Assembly: GCA_030141605.1 (NCBI GenBank)
Contig: JAQGDQ010001135.1
Coordinates: 1 to 60,013 of the forward strand
Source: Tubiluchus corallicola
Taxonomy: Eukaryota > Animalia > Priapulida
Direction: 5' to 3'
DNA: 60,013 bases
This document shows positions 32,501-44,400 of the stretch, one piece after another (position 1 is the first letter of the stretch; each line of letters starts with the position of its first letter). The translations under genes and the position numbers were made by a program. A model generated the notes under the pieces. It ran no database searches. It saw nothing but the letters and a program-made list of their open reading frames with translations, and was not told the origin of the DNA.

Positions 32501-35500
32501 ATCAAATCTGAACATATAATATGTAAATGTAAATGTAATTACAATACATCATATTGTACAGATTAATGTCAACTTGTATAATTACTGATTTATTTAAAAA
32601 ATTGAAAAGTGATAATTAAAAATACTGACTCACCAACAACAGTTACATTTCCTTTGTTTGACTCATCAGTTCCTCCTCCTTCACCATGAACAATTACTCG
32701 GCAGTGATAGGAACCATCACGTTGATTTATGTTTACATCTTTAATCTTTATACTCCTGTTTCCAGTTTTATAAAAATAACTGTCAATATAATCATAATTA
32801 TCGTCCACGTTTGGATCAAAGATCTGGTCATTAAGCAACCAAAAAAACGAAGATCCTAGTGTAACCTTGCTTTTCACTTTACACTGTACCACAACGTTAT
32901 CTCCAGGAAAAGCAGCAACATCCTCAGGTTGTTGTTCAAAATATGGTGATTCACACCATCCATCTGCAAAATATACAAACTTTACATAAGAAATTCAGAT
33001 TTTGCTGCAACGGCTAATATGTGTGATGAATCACCTGAATTTAAAAATAGAATATTATAACCAAGTGAGCATATATAGATATATAATTATACATACATAA
33101 TTCTACTTTTATTTATTGTTCAATTTTACTTCACTTTTTCAGTCTAAAAGACCCAGACCCATCAAGGTCATTTGCAGCATGCTACATACACTTCTTCAAT
33201 ACACAGTGTTTAAAACATGTTCCTAATGTGGTTGTTGTAACATGGACACTCTGTCTGAAAATTTTACTTACATCTAGCAGTAAGATGGATTAATAAAAAT
33301 TTAACTTACATTGAACATTTAGTGTCTTGTTAATAAACTGTTTTGACAAAATGTCATGTATAAAAACTTGGCAGGTCAGCTGCTTTCCATTATCTTCAGG
33401 TTTAAATGAATAACCATCCATTGTGCTCACAACATTAGTAAAATTGGTGTTAAGATCCAGCATAGTTTCTGACCTAGAGTTGACAGGAGCTGAACCTGCA
33501 TGTAATATAAATTATAACCTGATGATAACAAGAAAATATGTGGCGTATAAATAGGTTTTTGACTTAATGCACCTAACATACTCAATATTACCTTTATGTC
33601 AACGATAATCTATTTAAAAATATTTTAATATAGTTTAAGTAAGGGCTACTGTAGTAGTGGTGGTGCTGGTGACAAGGATAAGATAAAAGCTGGCATGGTG
33701 TGTGTGTTGATGTAAGCAGTAACTTAGTTAGCTGGTGATGATGAAGATGATGATATGATATGATTAGTTTATATCAAAACAGAATAAGTTACATAGATCA
33801 TTAAAGTATATAATAATTAGAAAGATATTACCAATAAACCAACTTATGGTTGGCAGAACTTTGCAGTTGCTTTTGGCTTCACATTTGAGCTGATTACAGA
33901 TGTCTTCTGCTCCAACTGTAATCGAGTGTGTCACATGTAGCACATCATTCAGCAGCATTCTAATATTTGCTGGAACTATTATAATTACGACTTTAAATTA
34001 GTTCATAAACGCATTTTCAAATATTTCCTAGATACACGTCGAGAGATAACGTTTCTACACAACAGTTACTATATTATACACACTAAGTCAAATATGAATG
34101 AATTAATTAAGCAACAATTAAGTGAATAAATAATGAAAACTAAATCAAATACCCCCAGCTGAAATATGAATTAGGATAAATGAAGAAAAAAAATACAAAG
34201 GGAAAAAGAAAAAAAGCATCCAGAGAAAAGCAAAATAGCTGAATAATCACAGTGTAATCTTGTTTCAGGTCTAGTCTCATGAGCAATGGCTGAAGAGTTT
34301 CTAGAGTAGACACAAAGACAATGAGAAGGGAAGTAGAACTAGTAGTGAAAATACTAGGCTGGTACTAAATAATATTATGTAATATAATATGATACAATGT
34401 GAAGTGATGCAATGTAAAAAAGCGCCTCTAGTAAGTACACAGTCTGCAAAAGTTGCTGCAAGTTTTGACGTTGGGCCAATTATAAACTGCTTCAGTTTTA
34501 GTAAGATCAGTCTTGACACTATCAGAAGAAACAATGTAATAAAGGTAAGTAACTTCTTTCTGTGTGAGAAGACATTTTTTAACATTTAATTTCAGCTCAG
34601 CTTTTTCTAGGTGCACGAAGGCTTTCTGGAAGAGGGAGAGGTACTCTCAAAAGTTCAGCCATAGACTATGATGTTGTCTAAATAGATAAGAACTGATTGC
34701 CAATGAAGAGCACTCAGGACCTGCTCCATAATAATGGCAGCTTTCCATTGACCAAATACTACTACAGAGTTGTTTGCCGCTGTCACCGTCTGTTACTCTA
34801 TATGGGTAAAAACTACTCTTGGCCTTGGACTAATCTTTATTATCAAATCATATAATGTGTGATAGATGGTAAATAAAAAATAATATGCATCAGGGCACCT
34901 ATTGTGTCAGTACTCTCTATGACATTTCATACTTTATCTCAGCTTCTATAACTTGTACACATAAGTGACCCATATACAGTGTGACAGCATTGTCTTGTCA
35001 GCATTTACTACTAGTAGGCATGCTGTCGCTAACGCAGTGAATTACGTTTGTCTAAACTAGTAATAAATTTCATTTTCCAGGTTAATGAACCTCTAAACTT
35101 TACTCACATCTTAAACTTTACAACGAAAATTGATAAAAACAAAAAACTAACAAATGAAGCATCTACTTTAAAAATTAAAACTTTTTGGAAAATAGTACTA
35201 ACGAACAATATAAATGAGAATGCAAAAGCTGATTCTATATCATCATCAACTGTAGATGCATCACAGCAGGTGTTGGGATACTTACACTGTGACAATTCAT
35301 ACTTTAACTTCCTTCTGTAAAACTTACAAACTCTTATTATCTAATATGCGGAAATCAAATCTGAACATATCATATGTAAATGTAAATGTAATTACAATAC
35401 ATCATATTGTGCAGAGGCATTTTATGTCAAGTAGTATAATTACTGACATAAAAAACTGAGAATTCACTAAAAATGATGACTTACCAACAACAGTTACTTC

Positions 35501-36667
35501 TCCTTTGCGTGAATTTTCAGTCACATTATGATAATCATGGACTCGGCAGTGATAGACACCATCACATTGATTTACATCTACATTTATGATCTTTATACCC
35601 CAATTTCCAGTGGTGGGAGGTCTTCTGTCAATATAAGCATAGTTTTCATCACTGCCGACATTAACAAACTGGTCATTATTAACAAACCAGTCAACTATAT
35701 AAGAGGGAAAAATTCCACTTTTCACTTTACACTGTACCACAACGTTATCTCCAGGAAAAGCAGCAACATCTTCAGGTTGTTGTTCAAAATATGGTGATTC
35801 ACACCCTACATCTGCAAAAAATACAAACTTTACATAAGAAATTCAGATTTTGCTGCAACGGCTAATATGTGAGATGAATCACCTGAATTTAAAAATAGAA
35901 TATTATAACCAAGTGAGCATATACAGATATATAATTATGTATACATAATATATATATATGTAAATGTAAGCAGGTATGTCATGTAAATTGTACATATAAG
36001 TAACATGTATACAGTGTGACTACACTACTTTGTCGGTTCACATTCTCTGCTACAGTAGCAAGCATATGACCACTGTTTGCACTGAATTATGTATGTCTAA
36101 AATAGTAATTGAACTTAATAATTGCATAATATTAGTAGCAATTAATTTCATTTTCATAGCTAATCAAACACAATTAAACTTTAAAACTTTTACAAAGTTT
36201 AGGTAAAAATATAAAGTAAGCTTTACACACATAGAATATATGTTGTTTGTCTCCTTTTGTTGTTTGTGTGTAGTGTTGACGTCATTTGAGTTTAATTGCT
36301 TCTACTGAAATTGTTTGTGGTGTGCTAACACAAAATAAGCTTTACAAAATGGGTATTTGGTGTTTAAATTAACCTCTCAAGTAACGTGTAACTACACGTA
36401 ATACTACAAGGAGGAGGCAAAATATGTGGAACTATGTAGTATTATGGTAATTGCAACAAATCAGATGTTTAGAGTTTAAATTATCAATTAGAATTGTGCA
36501 TTGAAATACAGTGTTTCTGAGAAACTAGGAAATAATGTAACTAGTTGTTCTTTGCATTACTATAGACTAAAAATATCTCTAACATTAAGAAATATTTTTT
36601 TTTGTTTTTACTTACAGTTAATCAACAGGAAAACAATCAAATGCAGCAGTGTATCGTATGACCTCAT
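26558..36667 (-). CDS. Ig-superfamily gene B, paralog of gene A with an internally multiplied V-C2 cassette (SP-V1-C2-V2-C2-V3-[truncated Ig3]-GPI)
   Basis: Exons 36616-36667 (signal), 35485-35811 (V1), 33832-33975 and 33310-33495 (C2), 32634-32963 (V2), 30947-31090 and 30423-30608 (C2), 29750-30076 (V3), 26558-26640 (GQNGSNFPRKFLFGHVVILTVMVCFVR-stop). All are open, GT-AG, phase 1. The product is 592 aa if V3 splices directly to the last exon; actual splicing is unknown. Confidence 0.75.
27188..27880. repeat. 41-bp minisatellite, ~17 copies, in the last intron of gene B
   Basis: GAGCACATCTGGTCATAACTGTTACCAGGAAGTAGGGAAAT. Confidence 0.92.
28366..28562 (-). pseudogene. 5'-truncated third-Ig exon of gene B
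   Basis: Homologous to 42757-42953 of gene A (SSGNT..DGGTYTCTARNVVGERKG) with an intact donor, but the first Cys, the Trp and the acceptor are deleted. Confidence 0.8.
28680..28960 (-). mobile_element. Ty3/Gypsy reverse transcriptase fragment in a gene B intron, copy 1 of 3
   Basis: YLDNIIVYG*TF..HLEKAELKLNVKKC..QKEVTYL..NWP, degenerate; copied along with the 2.9-kb cassette. Confidence 0.75.
31568..31840 (-). mobile_element. Ty3/Gypsy RT fragment, copy 2
   Basis: Paralog of 28680-28960. Confidence 0.75.
34418..34695 (-). mobile_element. Ty3/Gypsy RT fragment, copy 3
   Basis: ORF 34428-34616 HLEKAELKLNVKKCLLTQKEVTYLYYIVSSDSVKTD..EAVYNWP, preceded by YLDN. Confidence 0.75.
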
Positions 36668-38003
36668 TTTGAAGATTCAAGCAGGCTTTCTAATGTCTCT
36701 TTAAGTTTTGGTTGCTAAAATAATAAAAACCTTGTGATTATAATTAAATTGTAAGACCGCCATCACGCCCACGCAATACTTCACTGCAAACTCGAAGAAT
36801 AGCCATCAAATAGCAACGAGGCCTCCTGGATTTTAGTAACAGTGACAATTTGACATGGTTGAGAGATCTACATTGAATAGCACCAAGTCTTCTAGATATT
36901 AGTAGCAGTAACAATTTGACGTAGTTCAGAGGTCTACATGAAATAGTGGCGAGGTCTTCTGAATCTTAGTAACAGTTGAGAGGTCAAGGGACCAGTAATA
37001 CAGTAGTTGAAAAAGTCACGGTCTGAAAAAATTCTGACCTGTTTAATTCAATATTATTGGCGCAAAATTGCAGAAAGAATAGATCACTGTTGCACAATGT
37101 AGTCATTATCAGCTTCTTAAAGTCTTTATAAGCATAGCATCAATGCACTTGCACCAGGTTATCATTTTAGACCAATTACAAATTGTCCGTGTTTGCATTT
37201 TTTTAATTTTTGCCTCTACATTCAGTGAAGGCCTCTAAAAAGCCACTTTTTATTTAGCAGGTAACAATGTAACAATGATCATCAAATTTCTAGTTCGTGT
37301 CTAAAGCTTAAGTATTTTCGGAAACCATTTTATGGGCAGTTGTTATCAAACAAGGTTTGTGTTAGCAACTGAAGTTAAACAACACTGAGGTTGATCAATA
37401 AAGATCAGTGTGCAACAGAAAAAGTGCTTCTGGCCTGTTTGTTTCAGTGATGGACACCTCTGCTGGTTTAGTATCTCATGTTAGGTGGCAATCCTCTAAG
37501 TAAGATTCCAGTTCTTGAAGTTCTTCAACGAATCTATATAGCGTGAAGAATTTGACACGCTGCGCCCCTGTTTCAGGAATTCACTTAAATATAAGCGAAG
37601 CCAGTTTTTTACCAGCCCCTTTTTAGTTCGGTTCACTACTTCGTTGCTTCCACTAACATGGATTTTTCTCAACTAAATAAAACTCACGTTTCTTTAACTT
37701 CAATTTATCAATTTTTTGAGTTTATTCTGCACCACTATATATATATTACCGGTTTAGCGGTACAACATTACGGAACATGCTGCCAGGTATGCTATCGCGC
37801 AGCGGTACGTGGCAGATAAACTGATATCAATATGATTTTCAGCACTGATCCTATGCTGAAAGATAAATGCACTCGAGGCATTGCAGCGAGTAGAGATTCC
37901 TGGCATAAGGAGGTGAAGAGAATCATGCCCCTGGACGTGTGATTCATTGGATGGTGATGATGATGATGATGATGATAGACGAACTGATGAGATGGCTTCA
38001 CCA

Positions 38004-38109
38004 ATGCCAGGCCAGTTGACAGGCGCTCATTATTGCACATCAATGAATTGCAAAAACACAAACAAAAACTCCAACATATCTTTTCTTAATTTCCCGAGGA
38101 TGCAGGCAG
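38004..38109 (+). pseudogene. THAP zinc-finger N-terminal exon remnant (P-element transposase-like)
   Basis: MPGQLTGAHYCTSMNCKNTNKNSNISFLNFP (C-x4-C..SF..FP), followed by a GTAATT donor; no downstream exon recognised. Confidence 0.4.
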
Positions 38110-38689
38110 GTAATTATATCAAGATATTAATTATAACACACTTTTGTAACTTTTGTTACAAATTAAATGTCTGTACACTAGGCAAAGCACTACCAGGCCT
38201 TTGGAGATTTATAGCAGCTGTGATATTTTTAAATATTATTTAAAGCAAGAATAAGAATTCATTTCAGTGTTTATACAATTACTATAGATGTGATCAATTA
38301 AGGCTTTTGATTTAACTCTGGCTGGTATTGGAATTAAAGGTAACAGAACAGCGAAAATAATGTATCAATATATTGCCTGAATTTGTGGCTCCATCTCTTG
38401 GAGGCACATGACAATAGCCTCACAAAAGTTGCTTATGTTCTTTCTAAAGCTAAAGTGGTGGACTTTCGTGGGCCACGTTTATTAAAATTGTTTTGTTTGA
38501 TTTGGGTTTTGGACATGTTTGGGAGCACTAAGGTACATCTAATAAAAAGAAATTTGTCAATGTCATCAATGGTAAACTTGAATCTCAGTATAGACAGTAC
38601 TGGCTGCAGCGAAGAAAAATAGCAATAAACTCAGAATGTATACACTTTTTAAAATTTCTTATAAGATGGAAAATTATTTGTTGAATGGT

Positions 38690-38890
38690 ATTCCAAAACA
38701 TGTCAAAACTGACTTATCAAGATTTCGTATTAGTGCTCATCAATTAGTCATTGAAATGGGTAGATATCGTAAGCCAAAAAAATACCTGTAGAACAACGAA
38801 TATGTAAAAATTGTTGTTTGAACAAAGTAGAGGATGAATTGCATTTAATGACTGAATGCCTACTTTACGCTCATGTAAGAGAGGAATATT
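38690..38890 (+). mobile_element. Non-LTR retrotransposon C-terminal CCHC fragment
   Basis: LSRFRISAHQLVIEMGRY, frameshift, RICKNCCLNKVEDELHLMTECLLY. Confidence 0.75.
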
Positions 38891-40339
38891 TCGGTGTCCT
38901 TTCTGAATATTTACAGAAAACGTAGGGATTAGCACTTTCAACGGTTTTGCTATTTGCATGCAAATTCACTACACAGAGTATAAGTAACGAAAATTATTGC
39001 AAAAATTTCACACGCACTCATAACAACAAAGTAGCAGAAACCAACAGCTTGCCCACTGATGTGTCACTTTTTGCGTGAGCCTCGAAATCTCTCTCTGAGG
39101 TCGCGCCATCTACATCTGTGGGTTAGAGTAACATGCGACTTGATTACAGGAATGATCTAAAGGTATATTAATCATGTGATGTGAACGTTATACTAATCTT
39201 TTGATATCATTTCATTTACTCATGCCGTAATAATTATCACGACATTGTAATCTGTTTTCTTGTTTTTACAGTATTAAATCTAGATGGGAAAGGTGAAAAT
39301 TTTTGCAATAAACACAATCAATTTACATTCTTCCAGCTGCGATTAGCTCAACCACAACTAGTATGTATCACTACGTACTTTAACTAATTTCGGTTAATGA
39401 ACAGGAATAAATTTTCTGTTTGTTTCATTCATTGCCACTACAACACATCCAGTGAAGGCCTTGACAAAGTAATTTTTATTTTGTCACAACTTTTGAACAC
39501 GTAATTGTGTCATCGAATTCATCATCTGAAGCTTATTTATTATTATTGGGAAGTATTTCACGCGTAACTGTTGACAATCAAGACGTATTATCCGAATTTA
39601 CAAGTACAGCGATTTGTCATCTGCTATTTTTCACTTTTTTACTCCAGGCAATGTGGGAAATCACCAGGAGAATGTGGGTCATCATTTCTATTATTTCAGT
39701 TTCAACTCAATTCTGACGACTCACACAATATCAATATTCTAATCCGAGAGTTAAACATTATGCCTATCTTTTGGGTTACTTGCATTTAGAAAAATATATA
39801 ATATATAATTATAACCCAGTTTCCAGATTTTAGAATGTTTTACAGTATGTCAGTTTCAACTAAACTTAATTCTACAATAACAATATTCTAAAACAAGAGT
39901 TAGATGTATGCTTATCTCTAATGTGACTTATATTATCAAAATGTATAATTACATTATAATCTGTACTCACCAAATTTCAAAATCTTTTATGATAGTTCCA
40001 ATAAAGCACCGCATTTGTAAAGTTCCAATAGCATCAGATCTGATTTCTGCACACTCTATATAAAGACGTATTTCCACGTTTGTTCCACTTTTGAAATTAC
40101 AATTGCATTATTTTTGAGGTTTGGGTTTACATTTTTGTGCATTCTTAGTGATGGAAGTCAAACAGCATCAAGCTTTACATGACGTTAAACAGTATTGTAA
40201 AGTTTTCCAGAAAGTTTTTTGTCTAATTAAAATTGTGATGATTGTAGAAAGTGTAGATTGTTTTTTTAGCATATTTGAATTATTATTATTTCAGATTGTT
40301 ATAATAAAGATGGCAACAGTAACTGAACTGAAACAAGGA

Positions 40340-40650
40340 AGACTATCAATGGGACCACCATATCAGATGTCTTAAGTCATACTAAATAAAACTTTACTCT
40401 CGTTCATTGGGCGTAACTGCCAAAAGCTGGAAACAGCAACTTCAGACAGGGAAACTTGGCAGATGCCATTGTTTCATGGGGTGAAGCACAATGAAGATAG
40501 GCTTCAGCTACTATGGGAAGAGAAGCGTCAAAGAAGGAAGAATCGTACCAAAGATGATTCAGCATTTCAGTGCACTAACCTTGGAAGATCTTGCTCTGTT
40601 CGCGTAGGTCTCTGCAAACATCGACGGAAATGTGTCAACAACTCACAGTA
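40340..40650 (+). mobile_element. RTE-clade LINE 3' fragment
   Basis: DRETW..EEKRQRRK..FQCTNLGRSCSVRVGLCKHRRKC, a degenerate terminal zinc finger. Confidence 0.7.
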
Positions 40651-41488
40651 AATTTGCAAAAAGTAATTAATAGTTAAACAACTGAAGAGGCCATCGCATA
40701 GTAGAGATTATCAACTTTGTGCAGCACTACTGCCACCTTGCTTCAAATGTCACTTTATAAACAAAAAACCGTGTACAAAGAGGACGAACAAGTTATGCTG
40801 CTTTACTGTCGAAACCGCTACCATTTAAGTAATTTCTCATTTAATTTGTGTGACATGATCTTACTTCGTTTGGAAGTGCATGACGGTGTGTCGTAAACCT
40901 TTGTCAAAGTGACGAAAGTAATATTCGTTACTCGGGGGAAAAAGCTTAGATATATATGTTATTGTTTTTGCTACGTGTAGGTAGCAAACTCAGTAGAAAA
41001 ATTTCTTTCAGTTATTAGTTTTTTGTACAACTATAACACACTACTTTGGTTCATCACTGTTCATCCTGTAACAGCCATCATTAAAATGATGATCTTTGCA
41101 CCCAATTCTCATAATCATGATTCAAAAACATAAAATCACATTAAAATGTGCCATCAAAATACGCATGTAATCAAACTAAAATTCATTAAATTTAATTTAC
41201 TTTGAAATGTGCACATAAGTTCAGAAACTAAATTTACTGTAAACAAAAATTTAGAGAGTACAACAACAGCTACAAACAAGTTAATAAATTTTGCTTGGCT
41301 GGACATTGATAGAAGAAACCAGAACTATCTCTTATTATAATTTAACCTCAGACTTAAACTGACTATGGTAAGATAGGCCTATTTTGTACAGACATGGGTC
41401 AACTATTTCCACACAATGATAAAAATATTTACACAATACACAAAAGTTTTAAAATCACATACATTTTAGTTTAAGCATAAATTCTGAC

Positions 41489-44400
41489 TCATCTAACAAA
41501 ATAAACAATAACAGTGAGAATAACAACGTGTCCAAACAAGAACTTTCTCGGAAAATTGCAACCATTTTGCTCTGAAACAAAATAAAGAACATTAGTGCTT
41601 GTGACTAAAGTCATAGATGTAGGAGCCACAGCTCTTATGCTGGTTATTCATCATTGATGTTAGTCATTCAATTTTAAACTATTTAATTCTTCTTAACTCC
41701 CAAATGCATAGGGCTAGAATCAATAAACTTAAAATGTAGGTCAAGGGACAAGTACACCATTAATAATCAATATACATTGAAGCTAATTAATTTTTTGCAT
41801 TATCAACATAGTATTACGGTCATGATTTATCAAAAAAATCTTAGAAATACTTTACGTAACATTATTCTTATCATTCGTTCTCCCTTTGTTTAAAAAAATT
41901 AAAAAAAAGTAATGATCTGAAAAGAATGCTGTCAACAAGTTCTGGTCAGTGGTCAGCTTGATTCTTATTGGTCAGAGCATTTCAAGAAGTGAGGAAGTGA
42001 GTCATTGCCCTGAGTTGATGTTTCCAAGAAGTGGATGCAGGTTTTTGGCTATTTCTAGGAAGTAAGCACATCTGGTCATTGCTGTATCCAGGAAATAGGG
42101 AAATGAACATATTTGGTCATTACTGTATCCAAGAAATAGGGAAATGAGCACATCTGGTCATTACTGTTTCTAACAAATAGGGAAATCAGCATGACTGGTC
42201 ATTACTGTTACCAGGAAGTAGGGAAATGAGCGCGACTGGTCATTACTGTATCCAGGACACACGGAAATGAGTACAGTGAGGCATTGCCTTGTAACAGTTT
42301 CTAAGAACTGCGTGCAGCTGGTCATTGCTCTTACTAGGAAGTCATTGCCCTGACGCAGCTGTTAACATTGATTCTAGGAAAAAGGGCAGCTGATGTCATT
42401 GACCATTAATTACAACAAGTGAGCTTAATATTACAACATTGTATAAGCACGGACTTAATGTTAAACAATTTGTTGAGCTTATTGATCACATGATGTGCAT
42501 AATTAATTACTTATTATAAAATAATTCAATCTCACTCTTTTTCTCTGCATTGAACTTAAATTAAGCTACAAAAATGAACAATTTTAAATGTAGGTGCCAG
42601 CACATGTCTAATTATTGGTAGTAGTACTTTCAATCATCAATCGCAAATGAAAATGTACGACACTCCGGTAACAGAAACAAAACTATTACATAACTAACAA
42701 CTTTTTTTGTTTTTTTGCAAGGTTAACTCTCTTAGGTCCTTAATCAATGCACTTACCATTATCCCCATCTCCAGATCCCCCACCACCATTTTTATCACCG
42801 CTTTCTTCTTTGTCACCTTCCTTTACAAATTTTATAGTTAAGCTGCCTTTTCTCTCTCCAACAACATTCCTAGCTGTACAAGTGTACGTCCCTCCATCAA
42901 CTAATTCCACATTTTTCTTCATAACTTTTTTGCCGGTGTTTCCACTTGACAAATTAGGACCACTCCACTGATAAGAAGGTTCTGGGTTCCCATTTGCATC
43001 ACAAATCAGCTCAAAGCCACTGCCAACTGTAATCTTAGTATCATCTCCATTAGGCAATTTCACGGTAACAGATGTAATATCTGTATCAAAAACGAATCTA
43101 ATAATATAGCAGGATGCAAAACAAGACAGAAGGAGAGATACAGGGAAAGAGGGTAAAGAGAAAGAGAGTCAAAGAAAAAAGAAAATCCTGGGCATCAAAA
43201 CTAAAAAATTGTGGATTTGCAACATCATTAACAATAATTTTGATTTGAATGTTACTTTTATTTATTGTTCAATTTTACTTCAATTTTTCAGTCTAAAAGA
43301 CCCAGACCCATCAAGGTCATTTGCAGCATGCTACATACACTTCTTCAATACACAGTGTTTAAAACGTGTTCCTAATGTGGTTGTTGTAACATGGACACTC
43401 TGTCTGAATATTTTACTCACATCTAGCAGTAAGATAGATTAATAAAAATTTAACTTACATTGTACATTTAGTGTCCTGTTAATAAACTGTTTTGACATTT
43501 TGTCATGTATAAAAACTTGACAGGTCAGCTGCTTTCCATTATCTTCAGGTTTAAATGAATAATCATCCATTGTGCTCACAACATTAGTAAAATTGGTGTT
43601 TAGGTCCAGCATAGTTTCTGAATGAGAGTTGACAGGAGCTGAACCTGCATGTAATATAAATTATAACCTGATGATAACAAGAAAATATGTGGCGTATAAA
43701 TAGGTCTTTGATTTAACGCACCTAACATACACTTAATATTTCCTTTATGTCAATGATAATCTATTTAAAAATATTCTAATATAGTTTAAGTAAGGGCTAC
43801 TGTAGTAGTGGTGGTGCTGGTGACAAGGCTATGATAAAAGCTGGCATGGCGTGTGTGTTGATGTAGGCAGTAACTTAGTCAGGTGGTGATGATGATGATG
43901 ATTATATTATATGATTAATTTATATCAAAACAGAATAAGTTACATAGATCATTAAAGTATATAATAATTAGAAAGATATTACCAATAAACCAACTTATGG
44001 TAATTAGAAAGATATTACCAATAAACCAACTTATGGTAATTAGAAAGATATTACCAATAAACCAACTTATGGTTGGCAGAACTTTGCAGTTGCTTATGGC
44101 TTCACATTTGAGCTGATTAGAGATGTCTTCTACTTCAACTGTAATCGAGGGTTTCACATGTGGCACATCATTCAGCAGCATACTGATAGTTGCTGGAACT
44201 ATTATAATTACGACTTTAAATTAGTTCATAAACAAAAATTTCAAATATTTCCTAGTAACACGTCAGAGATAACGTTTCTACACAAAAATTACATTATATT
44301 ATATACAATAAGTCAGATATGAATGAATTAATTAAGCAACAATTAAGTGAATAAATAATGAAAACTAAATCAGACTAATTCTGTTTTTTGCAGCTGTTTC

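Larger units (their letters stand above)
28564..35940 (+). repeat. Tandem ~2.85-2.89 kb duplication (about 2.6 units) carrying the V and C2 exons
   Basis: V exon starts at 30076, 32963 and 35811; near-identical introns; junctions near 30215 and 33103. Confidence 0.92.
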
